51,863 nucleotides of DNA from Eubacteriales bacterium (GTDB lineage: Bacteria > Bacillota > Clostridia > Oscillospirales > CAG-272). The stretch's first letter is position 1; every line of letters starts with the position of its first letter. Position numbers and translations under genes: made by a program. Positions 27,552 to 37,344 of the stretch are shown here, piece by piece. The stretch covers positions 1-51,863 of the forward strand of contig JAZNCT010000027.1 in assembly GCA_045587665.1 (NCBI GenBank), in the 5' to 3' direction. The notes below the pieces were generated by a model. The model had not been told where the DNA came from. It did not search any database and worked only from the letters and a program-made list of their open reading frames with translations.

Positions 27552-28364
27552 ATGAACATTCTGTCATTTGCAAGAGAACTGCTGAGAGCAGAGAAAATTG
27601 AATATGTTTCTGCCCTGTCTCTTGCGGATTGCAGAGTGGTGCGTCCATATCTTCTGAGCAGAGCAGGTATTGGCGGAGAGGGCAGTGCAATTATTTTTGC
27701 CGTTCCGTATTATGCCTTAGATGAAGGAGAGATAAACCTCTCTCTTTACGCTTTGCCGAGAGACTATCATCTATACTTTTCACAGCTTTTTGAAAGAATT
27801 TTGCCAAGGCTTAGAGAAAGATTTCCCGGGCATATCTTCGAGGGCTTTGCCGATCATTCTCCTATCGACGAGATAGATGCAGCCGCCAAAGGCGGGCTTG
27901 GGGTCGTTGGCAAAAACGGTCTTATTATAACAGAAAAATATTCTTCATATGTTTTTCTCGGTGAGATAATATGCTCGGCAAAATGTGGTGAGATACCCCA
28001 CAGAATAAAGGAATGTGAGAACTGCGGTAAATGTGCCGCGGCCTGCCCCGTGCACCTTGACAAAGGCAAATGCCTCTCTGCAATATCGCAGAAAAAGGGT
28101 GAGCTGACAGATGCGGAGAAAACGGCTCTTTTCACATCAGGCAGTGTGTGGGGCTGTGACATTTGCCAAAGTGTTTGCCCACATTCGGGGAAGGCAGAGA
28201 ACACCCAAATAGATTTTTTTTGGCAAAAGCGTTTGAATTATTTAAAAACAGAGACAATAGAGAATATGAGTGATGAGGATTTTGCCGAAAGGGCATATTC
28301 TTGGCGAGGCAGAGACGTTATACTCAGAAATTTAAGAATATTCGGGAGCAAAGATGAGCATTAG
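27552..28364 (+). CDS. Epoxyqueuosine reductase-like Fe-S protein (QueG family)
   Basis: YALPRDYH, DHSPIDE..AA..GGLG..GKNGL, YVFLGEI, and two 4Fe-4S motifs CENCGKCAAACP and WGCDICQSVCP. Confidence 0.8.
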   Translation: MNILSFARELLRAEKIEYVSALSLADCRVVRPYLLSRAGIGGEGSAIIFAVPYYALDEGEINLSLYALPRDYHLYFSQLFERILPRLRERFPGHIFEGFADHSPIDEIDAAAKGGLGVVGKNGLIITEKYSSYVFLGEIICSAKCGEIPHRIKECENCGKCAAACPVHLDKGKCLSAISQKKGELTDAEKTALFTSGSVWGCDICQSVCPHSGKAENTQIDFFWQKRLNYLKTETIENMSDEDFAERAYSWRGRDVILRNLRIFGSKDEH

Positions 28365-29103
28365 AGATGCGGATAGATCTGCAGAAAACAGGGAACTGAG
28401 GCGAGAGAACTCTGCTCTGCGCAAAAGTATTGAAAAACTGAGGGCAGAAAACGCAGAGCTTAGGTCAGAGAGAGGCCTTCGCCGCCGAGGAGATGAGATC
28501 GAGGAGCTTTTGTGGCAGATCGGCAGGCGTGAGCGGATGATGAGTGCCCAAAGCTATTTTGGGTATATTTCGGCACTTTTTAAGAGCAATTCGGTTTGGC
28601 TAGTTTGCAAAAAAGGAATTTCATATTTCAGAAAATTCAGGCTCATATCTGTGCTTCTTCGTATTGTGACCCGCATTGTGATCTTTGCTGAAAACAGCGT
28701 TGCTTTTATTGCCTGGCTGTCGGCGGCAATAGTTGTGCTTCCATTTGTTGCGATTTTTTCTGTGGTCAGTATCCTTGTGGCTCTTATAAGAAGCAGGCGA
28801 TCAAATAAGATGTTTTATGAGCTTAGCGCAGATAAAAATGTGTATGTCTTTTTTGCTTCAAAAAAGCAGCTTTCAGGAGAAGGCTTTTTTGCGGCAAATA
28901 TTAAAGAACTTTCTCGGGGCGGAGCACTCTGCCTAATAGTTTCTCCGTATTCTTTTGGCAGGAAAGGTCTTTTCAGCAGGAATTTTTATGTTACTGCCAG
29001 AAGAGAGGCCGAAAACGTATATATGGTGAGAAAGCATTATTATTTCATGCTGAGACGCTTTGCGATAGAGCCTGCCTCGCATGAAATGATCTGCATATAT
29101 TAA
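28354..29103 (+). CDS. Hypothetical membrane protein with N-terminal coiled coil
   Basis: Heptad-like LRRENSALRKSIEKLRAENAELR and a long central hydrophobic segment; start overlaps the queG-like stop. Confidence 0.7.
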   Translation: MSIRDADRSAENRELRRENSALRKSIEKLRAENAELRSERGLRRRGDEIEELLWQIGRRERMMSAQSYFGYISALFKSNSVWLVCKKGISYFRKFRLISVLLRIVTRIVIFAENSVAFIAWLSAAIVVLPFVAIFSVVSILVALIRSRRSNKMFYELSADKNVYVFFASKKQLSGEGFFAANIKELSRGGALCLIVSPYSFGRKGLFSRNFYVTARREAENVYMVRKHYYFMLRRFAIEPASHEMICIY

Positions 29104-29114
29104 GGGGGGATAGA

Positions 29115-32100
29115 ATGCTTAATCTGATTCTTGGCGGTGCAGGGTGCGGTAAGACACATCTGATAACCGAAATGATAAAAAAGGATGTTTCCCTTGGTCA
29201 GCGTGCCATACTGCTGGTTCCCGAACAGGAGACGGTTGCAAGAGAGAGGGCTATGCTTGAGCAGCTCTCCCCCTCGGCTCAGCTTACATTTGAGGTTATG
29301 AACTTCACAAGGCTTGCTAACAGTGTTTTCAGAAAATATGGGGGACTCACATACAATTATGTGAGTGCTTCGCTAAAAGCACTTGCAATGTGGAACACCC
29401 TCCGTCAGCTTTCCCCTCTTTTAAAAGAATATGGAGGGCAGAGCGATGATGTGGAGTTCTCTGCAATGATGCTTTCGCAAATTGAAGAGTTCAAAGCATA
29501 CGGCATCTCTCCCACAGCTCTTGAACGGGCGGCAGATAAGGCACAGGAAAAAACCAAAACGAAAGCAAAGCTTGAGGATATGTCACTTATCTATGCGGCA
29601 TATTCAGCGGCCCTTGCTTCTTTTGGTGCAGGCGATGCTTCTGATGATATAGCGAAGCTTGCCGAAAAGCTGAGAGAGCATGATTTTTTTGAAAATACCA
29701 ATGTTTATATAGATTCATTTACAAGCTTTACAGCATCTGAGGAGCAGGTGCTCCTTCAGATAATGCGCACTGCAAACAGCGTGAGCATTGCTCTCTGCAT
29801 ACCTTGTGAGGGCGAAAAATCAGGCCTGCAATTTGAATGTGTTGCGGGCACTCTTGGCAGAATTGAAAGACTTGCCGAGAAATGTGTGTGCCCCATTGAG
29901 CGCACAGTGCTCAGAGAAAACCGCAGGACAAAAAACAAGGCACTTTTATATCTTTCAGAAAATATCTGGAGCTTTAATTCTGATGCCTTTGATGAAGCTT
30001 GTGAGGGCATTGAACTGATAAAGTGTACAAATACTTATGAAGAAGCAGAGGCTGCCTGCACTGCTATATCAAAGCTTGTTAGAGAGGGTATGCGATATAG
30101 AGATATCGTTGTCCTTGCACGAAACATAAAAAGCTATGAGGGGATAATAGACAGTGCCCTTGAAAAAGCCGACATTCCGTATTTTATATCAAAAACGGAT
30201 GATGTAACGTCAATGCCGCTGTCAAAGCTTTTGCTTTCGGCACTGCGGATAAAGAATTCCCTTTGGCGCACAGAGGATATTATCACATACATAAAAACAG
30301 GTCTTACCGGAATTGATGAAAGGGCGGCAGATCTTTTTGAGCAGTATATCTGGAAATGGAGCATAAGCGGAGCTGCCTTTTTAGGGGATGATTGGACTAT
30401 GGATCCCGATTCATATTCGCCAGAGACAAGCGAAAAGAACAGAGAGATACTGCGCAAGATAAATGAGGCACGTTTTGCACTGATTGCCCCACTGAAAAGA
30501 CTTTTTGAAAAGATAGATGCGGCTGTGACAAACCGTGATATTTGCCGAGGAATTTTTGAATATATGGAGGAGCTTTCCATAGCTCAGAAGCTGAGAAATT
30601 TTGCCGAAAGGTGGCGTGTCGAGGGGAATCCCGCTATGGCATCGGAAAATCTTCAGCTTTATAACAGCGTTTTGGATGTGCTAAGTATTCTTGCCGAATT
30701 TGATATGGGCGAGGAGCGATTTAACAGTGCTGATCTTGAGGTGGCACTGAGAATTGTTCTTGCAGGGACCGGACTTGGAGTTATACCCACCTCCTGCGAT
30801 GAGGTCAGCGTTGGATCGGCGTCTCTCATGAGAGCAGACAGCCCCAGATGCGTGATACTTATTGGAGTTAATGACGGTGTGTTCCCCGAAAATGTAGAGG
30901 AAAACCGTATGCTTTCGGATGAAGAAAAGCAGTTTTTGGCTCTTTACGGCATAGAGCTTTCGGGCGGAAAAGAGGAACGGTCTTCTGAAGAGCTTTTTTA
31001 TGTGTACCGAGCGATTTCTGCACCCTCTGAAAGACTTATTATGACATATGCGGCGTCAGAGCTTCAGGGGGGAAAGGAGATAAGACCCTCGCTTGCTTTT
31101 GAGAGGACAAAGCTTCTTTTAGGGCTGAATGAAACAGATTATTCCCTTGTTCCGCTCAGTGAAAGAATATGGAGCGAAAGGGTAGGCTTTGAATATACCG
31201 CTCTTGCAGACGGTGTGCTTTCCGCAGCACTGCAGAAATATTTTTCCGAAAGCGAAGTTTACCGTGACAGGTTGAATGCGCTCTATATTCCCATATGCGA
31301 TAGGGAGTGCTTTGTTCCCCCAACAATGGCAGACACAGTGTTTGGCAGGCAGATGTATTTTTCTCCCTCAGCTCTTGAAAAATATGTTAAATGTCATTTT
31401 GACTATTGGTGCGAATACGTGCTTCGTCTCCGCCGTGACGAGAAGAATGTGTTCAAACTGAGTGATACGGGTTCGCTTATCCATGCTCTCCTTGAAGAGT
31501 TTGTAAATGCTCTTACCGACGAAAACGGTTTTAACGCCGAGAGGGCGGAAGATGAGGGCGAGGAGCTTTTAGAGGAGCTGATGCAAAGATATATTGCTGA
31601 AAATTTTCGTGAAAAGGATGCGACCAGAGCAAGCTTTGTTCACGTGATAAAAAAGCTTGCCCACCTCTCGGGACTTGTGGCAAAAAGTATAACGAACGAA
31701 ATGAAAAAAAGCCGTTTTAAGCCGTCATTTTTCGAGCTCAGAATAGGCGAGAGGGGAGAAAAGACAGTTAAACCCTTGCGATTTGAGCTTTCGGACGGCT
31801 CTGCGGCTTCTCTTGGCGGAATCGTTGACAGAGTTGATCTTTTAAATGACGGTGATGATGTTTATGTAAAGGTGGTTGACTATAAAACAGGCTCAAAAGA
31901 GTTTTCTCCTGAGCAGATAAAAGAGGGACTTAATCTGCAGATGCTCCTTTATCTTTTCAGCATATGCAGAAATGAAAAGAACAAGGCACTTTTTGGCTGC
32001 GGAGAAAAGGGAAAGCTGAAGGGAGCGGGAATAGTTTATCTTTCATCAAAGTTTCCGCCGATTATGAAAATGAGCGGAGCAGGAGAAGAGCAGATAGCTG

Positions 32101-32441
32101 AGGAAGCCGAAAAAAGCATAATGCGCAGCGGTATGCTTCTTTCCGATGAAAAGGTCCTTTCGGCAATAAGCGAGGATATGGATTTCAGATATATACTTTC
32201 AAATGCAAAAAGCGAAAAGAGCAGGAAAAAATATCTTAAGAGTGAAGAAGAATTTGAAGAGGTATACCAAACAGTAGCCGCTACTTTGACCGAGCTTTTT
32301 GAAAGGATAAGATATGGCGATGCCTGCATAGACCCGCGGGAAGATGGCAGGGCGATGACCTGCGACTATTGCGGAATGGGCGCGGTGTGCCGCAGAGCAC
32401 ATGTTAAAAAGAAAGAAGAAGGAGGCAAGGACAATGGCTGA
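29115..32441 (+). CDS. addB: ATP-dependent helicase/nuclease subunit B
   Basis: GGAGCGKT Walker A, LVPEQ, FTRLA, PD-(D/E)xK nuclease GIVDRVD..VDYKTG, LQMLLY, and Fe-S cysteines (KCHF..; CDYC..AVC). Confidence 0.92.
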   Translation: MLNLILGGAGCGKTHLITEMIKKDVSLGQRAILLVPEQETVARERAMLEQLSPSAQLTFEVMNFTRLANSVFRKYGGLTYNYVSASLKALAMWNTLRQLSPLLKEYGGQSDDVEFSAMMLSQIEEFKAYGISPTALERAADKAQEKTKTKAKLEDMSLIYAAYSAALASFGAGDASDDIAKLAEKLREHDFFENTNVYIDSFTSFTASEEQVLLQIMRTANSVSIALCIPCEGEKSGLQFECVAGTLGRIERLAEKCVCPIERTVLRENRRTKNKALLYLSENIWSFNSDAFDEACEGIELIKCTNTYEEAEAACTAISKLVREGMRYRDIVVLARNIKSYEGIIDSALEKADIPYFISKTDDVTSMPLSKLLLSALRIKNSLWRTEDIITYIKTGLTGIDERAADLFEQYIWKWSISGAAFLGDDWTMDPDSYSPETSEKNREILRKINEARFALIAPLKRLFEKIDAAVTNRDICRGIFEYMEELSIAQKLRNFAERWRVEGNPAMASENLQLYNSVLDVLSILAEFDMGEERFNSADLEVALRIVLAGTGLGVIPTSCDEVSVGSASLMRADSPRCVILIGVNDGVFPENVEENRMLSDEEKQFLALYGIELSGGKEERSSEELFYVYRAISAPSERLIMTYAASELQGGKEIRPSLAFERTKLLLGLNETDYSLVPLSERIWSERVGFEYTALADGVLSAALQKYFSESEVYRDRLNALYIPICDRECFVPPTMADTVFGRQMYFSPSALEKYVKCHFDYWCEYVLRLRRDEKNVFKLSDTGSLIHALLEEFVNALTDENGFNAERAEDEGEELLEELMQRYIAENFREKDATRASFVHVIKKLAHLSGLVAKSITNEMKKSRFKPSFFELRIGERGEKTVKPLRFELSDGSAASLGGIVDRVDLLNDGDDVYVKVVDYKTGSKEFSPEQIKEGLNLQMLLYLFSICRNEKNKALFGCGEKGKLKGAGIVYLSSKFPPIMKMSGAGEEQIAEEAEKSIMRSGMLLSDEKVLSAISEDMDFRYILSNAKSEKSRKKYLKSEEEFEEVYQTVAATLTELFERIRYGDACIDPREDGRAMTCDYCGMGAVCRRAHVKKKEEGGKDNG

Positions 32442-35400
32442 TTTTACAAGGGCTCAGCTAAATGCTATTGAAACAAGAGATAAAACAGTACTTGTTTCGG
32501 CGGCGGCAGGCTCGGGAAAAACAACAACGCTGACTGAGCGTATTATAAGGTCCTTAACAGACGAAAAAGCCCCTGCCGATATCGGACGCTTTCTTATAGT
32601 TACCTTTACAAAAGCGGCGGCGGCAGACCTTAGAAGCAAAATATCAAGGGCTCTTGGAACTGCGCTTGCCAAAGATCCTTCAAACAGGCATCTTGCACGC
32701 CAGATGATAAAGCTGGGCAGTGCCGATATATGCACGATAGACTCCTTTTATCTGAAGGTGGTAAGGAGCAATTTTGAGTTGCTGGGCCTTCCAGCAAAGC
32801 TTTCTATGGCAGATGAAAGCGAGCTTGAAGTAATGAAGCTTAACATACTTGCATCTGTTATAGAAGACTTTTATGAAAAAAAGGGTCCCGGTTTTACAGG
32901 ATTTATGGATTGCTTTATGGATTCGAGGGGAAACAGCAATGCACCGGAGATATTGAATAAGCTATATAAGACTCTTAGCGGCTACCCGGAATTTTTGGAA
33001 TATCCTGCGATAAATGCAGAAAAGCTGAGACTTGAAGCCTCTCTGCCATTTTTTGAAACAAGGGCAGGTGCAGATATAAGAAAGCGGTGTCTTGATTTTT
33101 TTGATCACTGTCAAAGGATATATAAGGACGCTCTCCAGCTTATACTTGGCGACGTAAAGGCTGTGAGGGCATATGGCCCCGCCTTTAAATATGACAGTGA
33201 GCATTTTGAGGCAACAAGGCGTGCTGTGGAAAACGGGGATTACAACGGTGCAGCCGAGGCATTTCACGGTTATTCAAAGATAAATCTTGGAGTTTACCGA
33301 GGTGCCGACAAAATTTATGAAGAATTCAGGTCGTTGAGAAGTCAATGTATAGAGCAATATGAAAAGTTTGGCGAATCATTCTTTTCTTCAGACAGTGAAC
33401 AGCTTAGAAGCGATGCACTTAAAACAGCTGAGTTTTCGGAAATGCTGTATGAGCTTCTTTCAGAATTTCACGATAGATTCAGCCGCGAAAAGCTGAGCAG
33501 AAACATTTGCGATTTCACGGATAACAAGCGATTTGCCCTTAAGCTTTTTATCGGGGATGACGGAAAACCCACAGACCTTGCTCTCGAATATACCGAAAAA
33601 TATGATCAGATATATATTGACGAATATCAGGATACCGATCTTGTGCAAGATATGATATTCAGTGCCATATCAAAGCAGGGCAACAGGTTTTTGGTTGGTG
33701 ATATCAAGCAGAGCATATACCGCTTCAGGGGAGCAGACCCTTCGGTTTTTGCTTCATATAAAAAAGCCTTTCCCGACCTTTTGGCGGCTGGAGATTGCCA
33801 TAACTGTGCTATTTATATGTCCGAGAATTTCCGCTGTGACAGACCTGTTATAGACATAACAAACCGCATATGCGGATTCATTTTTAATAAAGGGGCTAAC
33901 AGCATAGGCTATACGGAGAAGGACGATCTTATCTGCAAGAAAAGAGTAGCTCCTGAGGATAGAGAAATGTATGGGGCACGCTTTAAAATGGTTAGGGCTT
34001 ATACCGAATCTGCACTTTCAAAAATGTCAGAAGAGGAAAGAGAGCTATGCCGCGGCAAGGGCGGTGAGCTTGAGATAAGGGCGGTTGTCAATGAAATAGC
34101 GCGCCTCTTAAATGACAAAAATGAAAAATGCGAGGAGGGCGGTGCACTCAGACGGATCGAACCGCGAGATATAGCTATACTCACAAGAGACAACAGCACG
34201 GCAAACAGCTTTGCCAAAGCTCTTTCGGAGAGGGGGATCCCCTCATCGGCAAGAACAACGGTGAATTATTTTGAAAACCCAGAGGTGCTTCTGGCACTCA
34301 GCCTTCTAAGTGTTATCGACAATCCGCAAAGGGATGTTTATCTTGCGGGGGTTTTGCGCTCACCTCTTTTCGGATTTGGAATGGGAGAGCTTGTGCAGAT
34401 AAGAAAAGAGGGGAAGGGGGCAATTTCGCTTTATGACGATCTGCTCTATGCTCTTGAAAACTCCGAGAGTGAGGACATTCGCCGCAAGTGCGAATATTTC
34501 TTCCAAAAGCTCGGGCTTTACCGTGAAAGGGCAAGACTTCTAAGTGTTGACAAGCTTTTGAAATTCCTATATGCCGACACGGCTATGATGTCTTTTGCAG
34601 GTGCACAGGCAGACAGCGAGCTTGCCGATGTTTCAGAGCGCAGAGCAAATCTGCTCCTTCTTTACGACTATGCAAGAAGATATGAAACAGGCTCCTATAA
34701 GGGGCTTCACAGCTTTATCGGATATATAAACGATATTATTGCATCAGGTCAGACAATTGACCCACCTGCCTCTGCCGCCGTAACAAATGTTGTCAGCGTT
34801 ATGACGATACATAATTCAAAGGGTCTTGAATTCCCGGTCTGCTTTATAGCAGCTACCCATAAGGCCTTTGGCGGAGCTTCGGGTTCTGTTATTGAATTTG
34901 ACCGTGAGCTTGGCATTGGTGTGCTTTTTGGAGACGAAAGCGGCTTTGCCAGGATAGATAACACGATTCGCCGCAGTATAATAGAAAAAAGGCACAGCGA
35001 GGATATTGAGGAGGAGATGCGTGTTCTCTATGTGGCGATGACCCGTGCCAGAGAGCGGCTCTATATGAGTGCGTATTCCTACTCTGATAAATGGGAGGAG
35101 GATGCAAGACTTTGTGCAAAATATGCAGATGAGTATTCGATTATGTCCTCTCAGAGCTATCTTAGCTGGATAATGACGGTGTATTTCTCTCTTGATGAGG
35201 CGGATAGAAAAGTGCTTTTGCTTGAGCGTCTTCAACCTGCTGATATAGCGAGCCCGAGCTTTGTCGAAGCTGAGAATATCGGCAAAGATCTGCCAAATGA
35301 CGAAGAGAATGAGGCAGATGAGCTTTGCAATTTGCTTACCTCACGGTTTTCTTTTAAATATCCGTATTCGCATCTCACACGCCTGCCTGCAAAGCTTTCT

Positions 35401-36090
35401 GTTTCAAAGCTTTATCCACAGGTTCTTGATGAGACCCGAGAGGATGAGCTTTGTCCGGATGAGATAACATTAAAAGAAAAGCCTGCCTTCCTTGTTCCCC
35501 CTTCAGAGCTTGCAACAGGCGCCGACAGGGGAACTGCAACCCATACATTTATGCAGTTTTGTGATTTTGAAAGGGTGGAGAGGCAGGGCGTTTCAGAGGA
35601 GATAGCAAGGCTCTGTGAAGTGGGGCTTTTGTCTAAGGAATATGCGGAGCTGATTGACGTTTCAAGCGTGGAACGTTTCTTTGAAAGTCGGTTTTATAAC
35701 AGTATGAAAGAGGCTGTTTCATGTGGCGGCAAGCTGTTCAGAGAACAGCGGTTTAACATTGCTTTGCCTGCTTCACTTTTTACGGCAGATCCGGATTTTA
35801 AAAAGATGATAGAGAATGAAAGAATAGCCGTTCAGGGTGTTATAGACCTTGTTTTTGTTGATAAGAACGGGGATATAACTCTTTGCGATTATAAGACAGA
35901 TCATCTTGAAAAACATGAGATTCAAAATCACTCTCTTGCGGCAAAGAAGCTCGGTGAGAGACACGGACTCCAACTTTCATATTACAGCACCGCTGTTTCC
36001 ATGATGTTTGGCAGAGAGCCGAGTAGAGTGTGCATATATTCTCTCCCCTATGGAGAAGCACTGGATATTAAGATAAGCAATCTTATGTAA
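32434..36090 (+). CDS. addA: ATP-dependent helicase/nuclease subunit A
   Basis: Start at the ATG at 32434 (GGAGG RBS). VSAAAGSGKT, TFTKAAA, DEYQD, VGDIKQSIYRFRGA, TIHNSKGLEF, YVAMTRA and the C-terminal QGVID..DYKTD nuclease. Confidence 0.95.
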   Translation: MADFTRAQLNAIETRDKTVLVSAAAGSGKTTTLTERIIRSLTDEKAPADIGRFLIVTFTKAAAADLRSKISRALGTALAKDPSNRHLARQMIKLGSADICTIDSFYLKVVRSNFELLGLPAKLSMADESELEVMKLNILASVIEDFYEKKGPGFTGFMDCFMDSRGNSNAPEILNKLYKTLSGYPEFLEYPAINAEKLRLEASLPFFETRAGADIRKRCLDFFDHCQRIYKDALQLILGDVKAVRAYGPAFKYDSEHFEATRRAVENGDYNGAAEAFHGYSKINLGVYRGADKIYEEFRSLRSQCIEQYEKFGESFFSSDSEQLRSDALKTAEFSEMLYELLSEFHDRFSREKLSRNICDFTDNKRFALKLFIGDDGKPTDLALEYTEKYDQIYIDEYQDTDLVQDMIFSAISKQGNRFLVGDIKQSIYRFRGADPSVFASYKKAFPDLLAAGDCHNCAIYMSENFRCDRPVIDITNRICGFIFNKGANSIGYTEKDDLICKKRVAPEDREMYGARFKMVRAYTESALSKMSEEERELCRGKGGELEIRAVVNEIARLLNDKNEKCEEGGALRRIEPRDIAILTRDNSTANSFAKALSERGIPSSARTTVNYFENPEVLLALSLLSVIDNPQRDVYLAGVLRSPLFGFGMGELVQIRKEGKGAISLYDDLLYALENSESEDIRRKCEYFFQKLGLYRERARLLSVDKLLKFLYADTAMMSFAGAQADSELADVSERRANLLLLYDYARRYETGSYKGLHSFIGYINDIIASGQTIDPPASAAVTNVVSVMTIHNSKGLEFPVCFIAATHKAFGGASGSVIEFDRELGIGVLFGDESGFARIDNTIRRSIIEKRHSEDIEEEMRVLYVAMTRARERLYMSAYSYSDKWEEDARLCAKYADEYSIMSSQSYLSWIMTVYFSLDEADRKVLLLERLQPADIASPSFVEAENIGKDLPNDEENEADELCNLLTSRFSFKYPYSHLTRLPAKLSVSKLYPQVLDETREDELCPDEITLKEKPAFLVPPSELATGADRGTATHTFMQFCDFERVERQGVSEEIARLCEVGLLSKEYAELIDVSSVERFFESRFYNSMKEAVSCGGKLFREQRFNIALPASLFTADPDFKKMIENERIAVQGVIDLVFVDKNGDITLCDYKTDHLEKHEIQNHSLAAKKLGERHGLQLSYYSTAVSMMFGREPSRVCIYSLPYGEALDIKISNLM

Positions 36091-36093
36091 CAA

Positions 36094-36134
36094 AAAATCA
36101 AGCCCCCGGAGCCACGCTCTGAGGGCTTGATTTT
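36094..36134. terminator. Bidirectional terminator between addA and the convergent gene
   Basis: AAAATCAAGCCC...GGGCTTGATTTT inverted repeat. Confidence 0.78.
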
Positions 36135-36181
36135 ATTATTCACAAGAATTTTTGTTTTTTTTGAACAGGCAGGTGGAAGCT

Positions 36182-36892
36182 TCAGCTATATATAAAAAAT
36201 ATAGTTCCGATATCATAAAGTGGCTCATTTGAAAGTGAAATAACTTTAGTGCAGTGCTTTTCGCAGAAGCCTGAAATTTCGCTGCCGTTTGTGTGAGACA
36301 TAATATCCCCGCAAAAATAAACACTTTCTCCGTCATAGCCGGAGGCTCCTCCGATAAAGCCCTCACTGTAGCCGCCAAGCGCGACACCTCCGTGGCAGAT
36401 GCTTAAAACATCAATGCCTGCGTTTTTTGCCGCATCCGATATAGAGGGATCGGCGGTTATTGCTGCATTATTTGATATGGTGCAAAGGGAACAGCGTGCA
36501 TAGCCCTGATTTACATTTATCAGCTCCATATTCTCTGACATGGCAAGCTGCAAAAGTGAGGAAGAAATATGAGAGAGCTTTCCGAAAATTCTGTTTCCCA
36601 CATTTGCCGCATTTAAAAGGATATCAAAAGGATATTTGGCTCCTATCTGTTCTTTTATCGGTATTATCTCATATCCGAGAAAACCGAGAAGCTCACTTGC
36701 TCTGCTGAAATAATCTTTATGTGTAAAAATAATTTTTTTTGCCGGATAGGGAAATAGCAGCATATCCGGATGAGCCGATACGGGAGCATCTAAAGCTTCA
36801 AGTGGGGGAAGAAGAACAACTCTGTCGGCCACCTTTTTCAAATTATCAAGTGCTTTTGTGGGTATTCTGCTGTCGCATATTGCTGTTTTCAT
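36182..36892 (-). CDS. DUF6873-like GME-fold (amidinotransferase-like) protein
   Basis: HPDM, YPFDILLN, NQGYARCS, ITADPSI and GFIGGASG motifs; family assignment recalled. Confidence 0.7.
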   Translation of the reverse strand: MKTAICDSRIPTKALDNLKKVADRVVLLPPLEALDAPVSAHPDMLLFPYPAKKIIFTHKDYFSRASELLGFLGYEIIPIKEQIGAKYPFDILLNAANVGNRIFGKLSHISSSLLQLAMSENMELINVNQGYARCSLCTISNNAAITADPSISDAAKNAGIDVLSICHGGVALGGYSEGFIGGASGYDGESVYFCGDIMSHTNGSEISGFCEKHCTKVISLSNEPLYDIGTIFFIYS

Positions 36893-36911
36893 AGATTTTC
36901 TCCAATAAAAG

Positions 36912-36947
36912 AAAAATATGGCAAACCCAAAGGTCTGCCATAATTTT
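36912..36947 (-). terminator. Terminator of rpmB
   Basis: Minus strand ATGGCAGACC-tttg-GGTTTGCCAT hairpin followed by ATTTTT. Confidence 0.65.
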
Positions 36948-36955
36948 CTATTCGC

Positions 36956-37141
36956 TTAAGCGCGTGTAACCTTGCCGGAACGCAGGCAGTTTGAACATAC
37001 GCAAACTGTCTTATGTGTGCCGTTTACAACAGCCTTAACCTTACGAATATTGGGTTTCCATGTTCTGTTTGTCTTACGGTTGGAGTGGGAAACGTTGTGT
37101 CCGAAAACTACGCCCTTACCGCAAACGCTGCATTTTGCCAT
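36956..37141 (-). CDS. rpmB: 50S ribosomal protein L28 (Zn-binding form)
   Basis: MAKCSVCGKG..FGHNVSHSNRKTNRTWKPN...VCSNCLRSGKV; GGAGGTG RBS; 61 aa. Confidence 0.97.
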   Translation of the reverse strand: MAKCSVCGKGVVFGHNVSHSNRKTNRTWKPNIRKVKAVVNGTHKTVCVCSNCLRSGKVTRA

Positions 37142-37219
37142 GCTTGACACCTCCTCAAAAGCACCCATTTGGGCACTGCTTATATTGAAATAATTATTTT
37201 TTACGCTATAACAAGGGTT

Positions 37220-37248
37220 ATTATACCATGACTCTTCAAAAAATGCAA
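37220..37248 (-). promoter_or_regulatory. Sigma-A promoter of rpmB
   Basis: Minus strand TTGCAT (37248-37243), 17 bp, TG-n-TATAAT (-10 at 37225-37220). Confidence 0.75.
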
Positions 37249-37344
37249 GAGTTTTTTGAAAGAAAATCATATTTTTTTCAAAAAACTCAATAAAAAAGGT
37301 TTTTTGCGCTTTGTTTTGTGCACTTTATCAAGCAAATATACTAT

